Source: Anaeromyxobacteraceae bacterium (GTDB taxonomy: Bacteria; Myxococcota; Myxococcia; Myxococcales; Anaeromyxobacteraceae). From it: a stretch of 64,000 nucleotides of DNA. Location of the stretch: contig JASGHJ010000001.1 of assembly GCA_047602405.1 (NCBI GenBank), positions 960,001 through 1,024,000 of the forward strand, in the 5' to 3' direction. Shown in pieces: positions 27,340-35,504 of this stretch. Each line of letters opens with the position of its first letter. Within the stretch, counting starts at the first letter, position 1. The notes under the pieces are model-generated. The model did not search any database. It worked only from the letters and a program-made list of their open reading frames with translations, and was not told the DNA's origin. Both the position numbers and the translations under genes were made by a program.

Positions 27340-28680
27340 GTGAAGGACGCCCTCTCCCTCCCGTCGCTCGCCGTGCCCCTGCGCCGGGCGTTCCTCCGGG
27401 CCGCGCTCTGGCTCGTGCCCGGGGTCGCGCTGCAGGTGGCCGTCGCGCTCGTCACCGACCTCGCGAACGGCCCCTGGTCCCCGGTCCTCCTCGTCGGGCT
27501 CGCGCTCGTCGCCCTGCTCGGCGGCGCCGCGTGGAGGTACCGCGAGCGCGCCGAGCTGGCGGCCCCGTTCCTGATCGTGCTCGTCGCGTCGATCACGCTC
27601 GTCGGCACGGCCCGCTACGGGCCGCTCGCGGCGAGCGGTGCCTACCTCGTCGTCGCGAGCGTGCTCGCGCCCGCCCTGCTCCCGCGCCGGCTCGGGCTCG
27701 CGCTCGCCGCCGCGGCGGTGCTCGCCTTCGTCGCGCTCGGCGCGGCGATGACCGCCGGCCTCGTGCCCGTCCCGTCCCCTGCGCTCTCCGACCTGCGCAG
27801 CGGGCTCGTCTGGACCCGCGTGGTCGTGGCGCTGACCATCGCGGTCGTCTTCGTCGGGTTCGTGTTCCAGGTGGCCGAGCGCCACCTCCTCGAGGCGCTC
27901 GCCGGCGCCGCCGAGGACCGCGCCCGGGCCCTCGCCGCGGAGCGGGAGCGGGCGCAGTCGGAGGCCGCGCTCGCGATGGCGCAGCGGGTGGCGTCGATCG
28001 GCTTCCTCGCGGGAGGCTTCGCCCACGACGTGAAGAACGCGCTCGCGGTCGTGCAGGCCGGCGCGCAGGCGCTCCGCACGCACCCCGCGGAGGCGCAGGA
28101 GGTCGTCGGCGAGCTCGAGCTCGCGGCCTCGAGCTGCGCCGAGGCCGCGCAGCACCTGCTCGCGCTCGCCCGGGACCCCGAGGAGTCGGGCCGCTGCCGC
28201 CCGCGCGACGTGCTCGCCGGGCTCGCCCGCATGCTGAAGCCGGTGCTGCCCCAGGGCGTGGCGCTCGAGGTCGACGCGCCGGTGGACGCCGAGGTCCCGG
28301 TCGCCGAGGGCACCCTCACCCAGGCGCTCCTCAACGTCGTCCTGAACGCCCGCGACGCCATGCCGGACGGCGGCCGCCTGGCCCTGCGCGCGCGGCTCGA
28401 TCCCCGCGACGGCGTGGTGATCGAGGTGGAGGACTCCGGTCTCGGCATGGACCCCGACACGCTCGCGCGGGTCTTCGACCCGTTCTTCACGACCAAGCCC
28501 GCCGGCGCCGGCACCGGGCTCGGGCTCCCCATGGTGAAGCGCACCATCGAGCGCGCCGGTGGCACCGTGCGGCTCGCCTCGGTGCGCGCGAGGGGCACCA
28601 CCGTGCGGATCGCGCTGCCCGTCGCGGCCTCCCGCGGGAAGCACGCGCGGCGCAAGGAGCGGGGCCTGCCCCTCGCCTGA
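27340..28680 (+). CDS. Multi-TM sensor histidine kinase (orphan)
   Basis: Several TM helices, then LAGGFAHDVKNAL, LNVVLNARDAM, DSGLGM, FDPFFTTK, GTGLGL; GTG start at 27340 is inferred. Confidence 0.85.
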   Translation: MKDALSLPSLAVPLRRAFLRAALWLVPGVALQVAVALVTDLANGPWSPVLLVGLALVALLGGAAWRYRERAELAAPFLIVLVASITLVGTARYGPLAASGAYLVVASVLAPALLPRRLGLALAAAAVLAFVALGAAMTAGLVPVPSPALSDLRSGLVWTRVVVALTIAVVFVGFVFQVAERHLLEALAGAAEDRARALAAERERAQSEAALAMAQRVASIGFLAGGFAHDVKNALAVVQAGAQALRTHPAEAQEVVGELELAASSCAEAAQHLLALARDPEESGRCRPRDVLAGLARMLKPVLPQGVALEVDAPVDAEVPVAEGTLTQALLNVVLNARDAMPDGGRLALRARLDPRDGVVIEVEDSGLGMDPDTLARVFDPFFTTKPAGAGTGLGLPMVKRTIERAGGTVRLASVRARGTTVRIALPVAASRGKHARRKERGLPLA

Positions 28681-28709
28681 GGCGGCGGACCGCCGGGCCG
28701 GAGCCCGCG

Positions 28710-30926
28710 TTAGATCCGCACGCCCACCGCGAAGCCCGGGAAGAGCCGGACGTCGCGCTTCGCGCCCTCGTGCAGGCTCACCGACCCGAGGAACTTCACG
28801 TCCTCGTGCTGGCCGGCGTCGACGGTGAAGACGTTCACCGCCGGCGCCGCGAAGACGGCGAACCGCGGCGCGAGCTGCCAGGCGAAGCTCGCGCGCAGGG
28901 TCGACAGCTCACGCGTCCCGGTGTCGGTCGCGGGCCCGTACTGCACGCTGCCGGACAGGGCGTCGACGTCGAGCGACAGCCGGGGCAGGAGCTCGGTGTG
29001 CACGCCGACGCCGAAGCTCGGCAACCACCGTACCTCGCCCGCGTGCTTCCCCGCGTCGAGGCCGATCGCGAGGATGGTGTGGAACCAGCGGTTCCCGAGC
29101 TTCAGGGCGACGTTGCCGCCCGGGTTCGTCTCGGTCGCGTAGACCTCGAGGACCTGCCGGCCTTCCTTCACGATGTTGATGACGCCGATGGGGAGGTCGA
29201 CGTCGTCGGAGAAGTTGATGACGCCGATCTGCGCGCCGCTCACCTTCCCGCCCACGTTCACGACGCCCACCTGGAGGCCCGAGACGCCGCCGGTCACGAC
29301 GTTCACCGGGGAGACCTGGAGCCCCCGCAGCGCGCCCGCGTAGGCGACCGCGCCCGACACCTGCACGCCCTCGAGCCGCCCGGCCACGCTCGCGACGGCG
29401 CCCGCCACCTGGATCGCCTGGGCGTCGCCGCCGGCGATCCCGGCGACCGCGCCCGCGACCTGGATGGCCTCGCTCGTCCCGCTCGCCCAGGCGACCGCGC
29501 CCGAGACCTGCACGCCCTCGAGCGGGCCCGCGCCGGTGAACGCGCCGGCGACCTGGATCGCCTTCGTCGGCCCGCCCATCCAGACCGCCGCGCCGCCCAC
29601 CTGCACGCCGCCGCCCGCCGAGGCCGAGTGGCCGATCCCGCCGACCGCGATGCCGTCGAGGACGTCGGAGTGGCTCCAGAGGAGGCCGAGTGCGAGCTTG
29701 TTGCGCGCCGGACGCCCGGCGGCGTCGTTGACCGAGAGCGGCGGCACGAGCGCGACGTCGAAGAGCACGTCCCGCGACGGCGGGCGGCCCGTCGTGTCGA
29801 CGACCGAGACCGTCGGCGCGATGGAGGCCGCGGGCTCGCCGCCGGCCGCGGCGACGTCGCCCCGCACCGCGTTCACCTCGGCCACCGCCGCGGCGAGCTT
29901 CTCCTGCACGACCACCACCCGCCCGTTGCCCGGCACCGCGAACGTGCCCGCGTCCACGCGGTCGCCGCGGGCGATGCGCACCTGGTAGTCGCCCGGCGGG
30001 AGCGCGAGCTCCACCGGGGTACCCTTCACCTTGCGGAGCTCCGCCATCAGGACGCCGCCCGCGTCGCGGACGAACACCCGCCCCTCGAGCACCTCCGGGA
30101 GCACGAGCGCCGCGCCCGCGAGGCGCAGGTCGGTGAGCACGACGTCGCCGGAGCCGACGAGCCCGATGTCGTAGGTCGCGTGCTGGGGGCCGGCCCGGGT
30201 GCCCTCGGTCTGCGCGAGGGTCTCGTGGAACGCGAACTGGTAGGCCTCGTTGAGGGTGACCCGCCCGTCGCCGTTCGCGTCGGCGGCGCCGCGCATGCCG
30301 GTGAGGAGCGCGTGCGTGAAGAACGAGGCCTTGATCTTGTCGGACTCCTGCGAGGCCTCGTCGGCGGCGCTGGAGGTCAGGAACGCGTGGCCGCGCAGCC
30401 GCTGCGAGGCGTCGAGCAGGAACGGCGGCCGGTGCACGCCGCCCTTCTCTCGGGTGAACGCCCCGGAAGCGCAGGAGTCGAGGATCGCGACGCGGACCTC
30501 GGCGGGCGTCCGGTCGAGCTCGCCGCGGAGGTCCTTGTAGGGCAGCCGCTCGTTGCCGAGGAGCAGCCCCTCCGCGTCGGAGTGGCCCGAGTAGTAGAGG
30601 AAGAGCTCGCTCCGCCCGCCGCGGGCCTTCACCTCGGCGGCGGTCCGCGACACCGTCGCGATCGCGGCGCGCAGCGCGGCGGGGCTCGGGTCCTCGAGGA
30701 GCGCCACGTCGGCCGGCGCCACGCCGCCGAGGGCGCGCAGCACCTGCGAGACCTCGCGCGCGTCGGTCGTCGAGTAGCGGAGCGCGGTGCGGCCGGGGCC
30801 GCCCTCGCGGGCGCCGGCGACGATGGCGAAGCGGCGCGTCGGCTCCGCGGCCCGGGCGGCGGTGGGGGCGGCGAGGGCGGCGGCCGCGGTGAGGAGGCAC
30901 AGCGCCAGGACGGCCGGGGTCTTCAT
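28710..30926 (-). CDS. Exported caspase-fold (peptidase C14) protease with C-terminal Gly-rich repeats and a beta-rich tail
   Basis: From MKTPAVLALC: signal peptide; LFLYYSGHS and ILDSCASG (His/Cys dyad); SFFTHALLTGMRGAADANGDGRVTLNEAY; ATGA overlap with the upstream gene. Confidence 0.88.
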   Translation of the reverse strand: MKTPAVLALCLLTAAAALAAPTAARAAEPTRRFAIVAGAREGGPGRTALRYSTTDAREVSQVLRALGGVAPADVALLEDPSPAALRAAIATVSRTAAEVKARGGRSELFLYYSGHSDAEGLLLGNERLPYKDLRGELDRTPAEVRVAILDSCASGAFTREKGGVHRPPFLLDASQRLRGHAFLTSSAADEASQESDKIKASFFTHALLTGMRGAADANGDGRVTLNEAYQFAFHETLAQTEGTRAGPQHATYDIGLVGSGDVVLTDLRLAGAALVLPEVLEGRVFVRDAGGVLMAELRKVKGTPVELALPPGDYQVRIARGDRVDAGTFAVPGNGRVVVVQEKLAAAVAEVNAVRGDVAAAGGEPAASIAPTVSVVDTTGRPPSRDVLFDVALVPPLSVNDAAGRPARNKLALGLLWSHSDVLDGIAVGGIGHSASAGGGVQVGGAAVWMGGPTKAIQVAGAFTGAGPLEGVQVSGAVAWASGTSEAIQVAGAVAGIAGGDAQAIQVAGAVASVAGRLEGVQVSGAVAYAGALRGLQVSPVNVVTGGVSGLQVGVVNVGGKVSGAQIGVINFSDDVDLPIGVINIVKEGRQVLEVYATETNPGGNVALKLGNRWFHTILAIGLDAGKHAGEVRWLPSFGVGVHTELLPRLSLDVDALSGSVQYGPATDTGTRELSTLRASFAWQLAPRFAVFAAPAVNVFTVDAGQHEDVKFLGSVSLHEGAKRDVRLFPGFAVGVRI

Positions 30927-31699
30927 GGGGTCACCTTGGGGAGGAGCGCGCTCGACTGCGCGAGCCCCTTCGGAAGCGGGAGGAGGGCCTGCCCGGCGTC
31001 GCCGCGCGCCGCGACGTCGCGGGCCGCGCCGAGCACGGGGGCGAGGCCGAACGGCTCCTTGCCGGTCACGAGCACGAAGCGCTCGAAGCCGGGGGCGTCG
31101 TCGAGGCGGAAGGACTCGGGCAGGAGCACCTCGCGCCCCGCGTCGAGCGGCGCGGCGGTCTCGCCGTCGAGCGGCCAGTGGCGGGTCACGTTGCCGGCGC
31201 CGTCGATCGACACGATGGCGCCGTAGGCCGCGCCGGCGGAGACGTAGCCGACCTGGATGAGGTCGCCGCCGCGGGCGCGCGCACCGGGGCCGAGCACCTC
31301 GGCGCCGTCGGCGGTGCGGCGGTGGAGCACCAGCGTCGCGGAGAGGCCCTTCGTCCGCTCGGCGTCGACGCCCACGTCGCCGCCCGGGTGCGGCGCGCGC
31401 AGCGCGAGCGGGACCGCCACGAGCACCGCGGCGGCGGCCGCGAGCCACGGCGCGAACGCGAGGAGCGGCCGGCGCGGCGCGGGGCGGAGGTCGGAGCGGC
31501 GGTGGACCTCGGCGGCGACGACGCGGGCGGGGTGGCGGAGCAGGAGCTCGGCGTCGGAGGCGCGCAGGGCGCGGATCCGCTCCTCGCCGCCAGGCTCGGC
31601 GGCGAGCCGGGCGCGCAGCGCCGCGGCCTCGGTGGGCGGGAGGTCGTCCGCGGCGAGGCGCTCGAGCAGGTAGTCGGGGATCCGGTTCTCAGGCTGCAT
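30923..31699 (-). CDS. Putative single-TM anti-sigma factor with a DUF4384-like periplasmic domain
   Basis: N-terminal helical domain, TM helix, ERTKG, then GDLIQVGY...IVSIDGAGNVTRHWP...LPESFRLDDAPGFERFVLV; overlaps the sigma factor stop. Confidence 0.75.
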   Translation of the reverse strand: MQPENRIPDYLLERLAADDLPPTEAAALRARLAAEPGGEERIRALRASDAELLLRHPARVVAAEVHRRSDLRPAPRRPLLAFAPWLAAAAAVLVAVPLALRAPHPGGDVGVDAERTKGLSATLVLHRRTADGAEVLGPGARARGGDLIQVGYVSAGAAYGAIVSIDGAGNVTRHWPLDGETAAPLDAGREVLLPESFRLDDAPGFERFVLVTGKEPFGLAPVLGAARDVAARGDAGQALLPLPKGLAQSSALLPKVTP

Positions 31700-32171
31700 C
31701 GGCGGCCTCCAGCTTCTCCATGCGCTCCTTCAGCGTGCGGAGGCGCTTCCTCACCCCGCTGACCGACAGCCCGACCTCGGCCGCGACCTCCTCGTGCGTG
31801 AGGCCGTCCACGAGGTGCAGCACCGCGATGACCGGCGTGGAGGCGAGCTCGTCGCGGAACGCGCGCCCGAGCTGGAAGCGTGCGAGCCACGCGGCCTCGG
31901 GCGACTCGGCGCGGGCGATCGCGAGGACCTGCGCGTCGACGGGGTCGGTGGCGCGGCGCTTCTGGTTGCGCAGCCGGTTCAGGCAGAGGTGGGTGGCGAT
32001 CCTGAGGAGCAGGGACGCCGGCGCGCGGTCGTCGAGGTCGTGCTGGTGCTCGAGCAGTCTGACGAAGGTGTCGTGCATGACGTCCAGGGCCGCCTCCGGG
32101 TCGCGCAGGAGCGACCGGCATCGCCGGAGGACCATCGGTCCGAACTGCTGGTAGTGGGCTTCGACGTCCAA
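31689..32171 (-). CDS. ECF sigma factor
   Basis: Region 2 (YQQFGPMVLRRCRSLLRDPEAALDVMHDTF...IATHLCLNRLR) and region 4 HTH (DGLTHEEVAAEVGLSVSGVRKRL). Confidence 0.9.
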   Translation of the reverse strand: MDVEAHYQQFGPMVLRRCRSLLRDPEAALDVMHDTFVRLLEHQHDLDDRAPASLLLRIATHLCLNRLRNQKRRATDPVDAQVLAIARAESPEAAWLARFQLGRAFRDELASTPVIAVLHLVDGLTHEEVAAEVGLSVSGVRKRLRTLKERMEKLEAADAA

Positions 32172-32312
32172 GGGGCGTCACTCGCTCCTGTCGGTTAGAG
32201 GAACCCCGTACCCCGGTCGAACTGTCACCCGCCCTGCATCGCCTGGCACGGACGGCCGGAAAGCTACCTGTTTGCGCAGGCTTCTTGAAGAAACCCTCCA
32301 CGGGAATCCGCC

Positions 32313-34457
32313 ATGAACCTCGCCGCCGCCACCGCCGCGCTCCTGCTCGCCGCACCCCCGTCGCCGCCTCCCGCCCCCGTGGCGCGCGTCGAGGCCGCCT
32401 CCGAGGTCCACCACGGCGTCGGCGTGCCCGACCCCTACCGCTGGCTCGAGAAGGCCGCCGACCCCGAGGTGAAGGCCTGGACCCGAGGCCAGGACGCCCA
32501 CACGCGCGCGGTGCTCGCCGCGTTCCCGCAGTCGAAGGGCATGTACGCGCGGGTGAAGGAGATCAGGTCGGCGGCGTACCCGGCCTGGTGGGGCCTCCAC
32601 GAGGAGGGGGGCACGCTCTTCGCGATCGTCTTCCGGCCGCCCGAGCAGCAGCCGCGCCTCGCCGTGCTGGCCTCGCTCGACGACCCGCGCGAGCGGACGA
32701 TCGTCGACCCGAACGCGATCGACCGGTCGGGCAAGACGGCCATCGACTTCTTCGAGCCGTCCCACGACGGCACCCGGGTCGCCGTGTCGCTGTCGGTGAA
32801 CGGGACCGAGGACGGGACCGTGCACGTGTACGACGTCGCGACCGGGAAGGCGCTGCCGGACGTCCTGCCCCGCGTGAACGGCGGCACCGCCGGCGGCAGC
32901 GTCGCGTGGGCGGCGGACGGCTCGGGCTTCTGGTACACGCGCTACCCCGCGCCGGGTGAGCGGCCCGAGGCGGACCTCCCGTTCTTCCAGCAGGTCGCGT
33001 TCCACGCGCTCGGCACCCCGGTCGCGCAGGACGAGGTGGAGCTCGGCGCGGAGTTCACCGACCCCAGGATCGCGCAGGTGGTCCTCCAGGCCTCCCCGGA
33101 CGGCAAGCTCGCGACCGCGCGGGTCGCGCGCGGCGACGGCGGTGACTTCGAGTGGTTCGTCCGGCGCGGCGGGGCGTGGACGCGCCTCGCGCGCTTCGAG
33201 GACCGGCTCGTGGACGGCCGGTTCGGGCCCGACGGCGCGCTCTGGCTCGTGTCGCGCAAGGACGCCCCGCGGGGCAAGGTGCTCCGCCTCCCGCCCGGCG
33301 CACCCGCGGGGGCCGCGCCCGCGCTCGTCGTGCCCGAGGGCGACGGCTCCATCGAGGAGCTCGCCGTGACGTCCTCCCGGCTCTACCTCGTCGAGCAGGT
33401 GGGCGGGCCGACCCGCCTGCGCGCGTTCGGCCTCGACGGCAAGCTCGTGGGCGTGCTCCCCACGCCGCCGGTCTCCTCCGTCGGCGGGCTCGAGCGCGCC
33501 GGCGCGGGGGTCGCGTTCCGGGTGAGCACCTTCCTCACGCCGGCCGCGTGGTGGCGGGCGGACGACGCGAGCGGCCAGTCCGCGCGCACCGCCCTCGTCG
33601 GCCAGTCCTCGGTCTCCTTCGACGACTGCGAGGTCGTGCGCGACGAGGCCGTCTCCGCGGACGGCACGAGGGTGCCGGTCACGCTCCTCATGAAGAAGGG
33701 CACGCGGCCCGACGGCCAGAACCCGCTCATGCTGTACGGCTACGGCGGCTTCAACATCTCCGAGACGCCCTCCTTCTCGGCCGTCCGCCGCGCGTGGCTC
33801 GAGCAGGGCGGCATCTGGGCCCTCGCGAACATCCGCGGGGGCGCGGAGTTCGGCGAGGCGTGGCACCGCGCGGGCGCGCTCGACAGGAAGCAGAACGTCT
33901 TCGAGGACTTCGCCGCGGCCGCGCGGCTCGTCGTCGCGAGGAGGTGGACGCGGCCGGAGCGGCTCGTGCTGCACGGCGGCTCGAACGGCGGCCTCCTCAT
34001 GGGGGCGATGATCACGCAGTTCCCCTCGCTCGCCCGGGCGGTCGTGGCCGAGGTCGGCATCTTCGACTCGCTCCGCGTGGAGCTCACGCCGAACGGCACG
34101 CACAACGTGACCGAGTACGGCACGGTGCAGGACCCCGCGCAGTTCCACGCGCTGCGGGCCTACTCGCCCTACCACCGGGTGATGGACGGGGTGCCCTACC
34201 CCTCGGTGCTGCTCACCGCGGGCGAGAGCGATCCGCGCGTCGACGCCTACCACGCGAAGAAGTTCGCGGCGCGGCTGCAGGCGGCGACGTCCTCCGGGCG
34301 GCCGGTGCTCCTCCGGATCTCCGGCGGCGGCCACGGCATCGGCGCGGGCCTCGACGAGGGCATCGCGCGCGTCGCCGACGTCTACGCCTTCGCGATGCAC
34401 GAGCTCGGGATGACGTTCAGGCCGCCGCCGCGGCCGGCGGTGCCGGCGAGGAAGTAG
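32313..34457 (+). CDS. Prolyl oligopeptidase (S9A), exported
   Basis: DPYRWLE, YGYGGF, GGSNGG nucleophile, DPRV Asp, GGHG His. Confidence 0.94.
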   Translation: MNLAAATAALLLAAPPSPPPAPVARVEAASEVHHGVGVPDPYRWLEKAADPEVKAWTRGQDAHTRAVLAAFPQSKGMYARVKEIRSAAYPAWWGLHEEGGTLFAIVFRPPEQQPRLAVLASLDDPRERTIVDPNAIDRSGKTAIDFFEPSHDGTRVAVSLSVNGTEDGTVHVYDVATGKALPDVLPRVNGGTAGGSVAWAADGSGFWYTRYPAPGERPEADLPFFQQVAFHALGTPVAQDEVELGAEFTDPRIAQVVLQASPDGKLATARVARGDGGDFEWFVRRGGAWTRLARFEDRLVDGRFGPDGALWLVSRKDAPRGKVLRLPPGAPAGAAPALVVPEGDGSIEELAVTSSRLYLVEQVGGPTRLRAFGLDGKLVGVLPTPPVSSVGGLERAGAGVAFRVSTFLTPAAWWRADDASGQSARTALVGQSSVSFDDCEVVRDEAVSADGTRVPVTLLMKKGTRPDGQNPLMLYGYGGFNISETPSFSAVRRAWLEQGGIWALANIRGGAEFGEAWHRAGALDRKQNVFEDFAAAARLVVARRWTRPERLVLHGGSNGGLLMGAMITQFPSLARAVVAEVGIFDSLRVELTPNGTHNVTEYGTVQDPAQFHALRAYSPYHRVMDGVPYPSVLLTAGESDPRVDAYHAKKFAARLQAATSSGRPVLLRISGGGHGIGAGLDEGIARVADVYAFAMHELGMTFRPPPRPAVPARK

Positions 34458-34474
34458 CGGGCGCCTCGCCCGGA

Positions 34475-35401
34475 CTACATCGCCACCGGCACCGGCACGA
34501 ACGTGCCGACCAGCACCGCGACCGACGCGGCAGCGATCGCCAGGCGCCACCCGCCGAGCGAGGGCTCCTCCACGATCGGCGGCGGGTGCCCGAGGCCGAT
34601 GACCTTCCGCGTGATGAGCCACCACACGAGCCAGCTCCACGAGAGGAACAGCCCGGCGACGAACAGCGCCCACGACGCGACCTCGCCCACGCGGCGCGCG
34701 CGCCGCTCGCCGAGGAGCGCGAACGCGACGTGGCCGCCGTCGAGCTGGCCGACCGGGAGGAGGTTGAGGGTGGTGACGAGGAGCCCCACCCAGGCCGCGA
34801 GCGCGACGGGGTGGATGATCACCTCGCTCCCGTCCGGCACGCGCCCGAGCACGAGCCACTCCGCGCCGCGCATGACGAGGCTGTCGCCGAAGGAGACGAG
34901 CCCGTCGCCCGGCCCGAACACCGGCTCGCCGTGCAGGAACCGCCAGGCCATCCCGAGCGGCGACGGCGAGAGCGCGTGCGCCGTCCCGAGCTCGGCGAGC
35001 GCGTGGACCTCCGAGTGCGCGAGCCCCCACGCGAGGATCGGCAGCGCCACGAGGAAGCCCGCGATGGGGCCCGACGCGCCGATGTCGAGCACGGCGCGGC
35101 GGGTCGGGATGGGGGCCTTCAGCCGGATCACCGCGCCGAGGGTGCCGACCCCGAAGGGCGCCGGGATGAAGTACGGCCAGGTCACGTCCACCCCGTGCAG
35201 CCGGGCGGTCACGAAGTGGCCCATCTCGTGGACGAGCAGGATGGAGAGCAGCGCCCCGGAGAAGCGCAGCCCCTCCCGGACCGGATCGGAGCCCTCCGGG
35301 GTGAGGGCGGTGCCGACGAGGAAGGTGGTCCCGACCGTCGCGAGGAACAGCCCGAGCTGGACCCAGGGGAAGGTGCGGACCGGCCTCGTGACGGCGTCCA
35401 T
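34475..35401 (-). CDS. Site-2 intramembrane metalloprotease (M50)
   Basis: HEMGH and NLLPVGQLDGGH motifs; multiple TM helices. Confidence 0.93.
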   Translation of the reverse strand: MDAVTRPVRTFPWVQLGLFLATVGTTFLVGTALTPEGSDPVREGLRFSGALLSILLVHEMGHFVTARLHGVDVTWPYFIPAPFGVGTLGAVIRLKAPIPTRRAVLDIGASGPIAGFLVALPILAWGLAHSEVHALAELGTAHALSPSPLGMAWRFLHGEPVFGPGDGLVSFGDSLVMRGAEWLVLGRVPDGSEVIIHPVALAAWVGLLVTTLNLLPVGQLDGGHVAFALLGERRARRVGEVASWALFVAGLFLSWSWLVWWLITRKVIGLGHPPPIVEEPSLGGWRLAIAAASVAVLVGTFVPVPVAM

Positions 35402-35504
35402 CGTCAGGGGAACCTAAGCGCGAGGCCGCCGCGCAGCCATCCGGCCTGCCCCCGGCGTTCCGAGGTGCGCCGGCACCGAAGCCGGGGGCACCAGGCCCGG
35501 GACG

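Noticed and set aside
29220..29620. Periodic DNA repeats as a possible CRISPR array or VNTR
   Set aside because: Degenerate, in-frame coding repeats of the caspase protein; no invariant repeat/spacer structure and no cas genes.
32169..32190. Out-of-frame GTG and GGGG run just before the ECF sigma TTG start, as a possible frameshift
   Set aside because: That GTG is only 3 nt from AGGAG, and the TTG start already gives a complete sigma; it cannot be supported without reads.
34475..35401. Site-2 protease as a dedicated member of the ECF/caspase system
   Set aside because: It is separated by the divergent peptidase gene and more plausibly belongs to the dnaJ-lppC core; proximity alone is insufficient.
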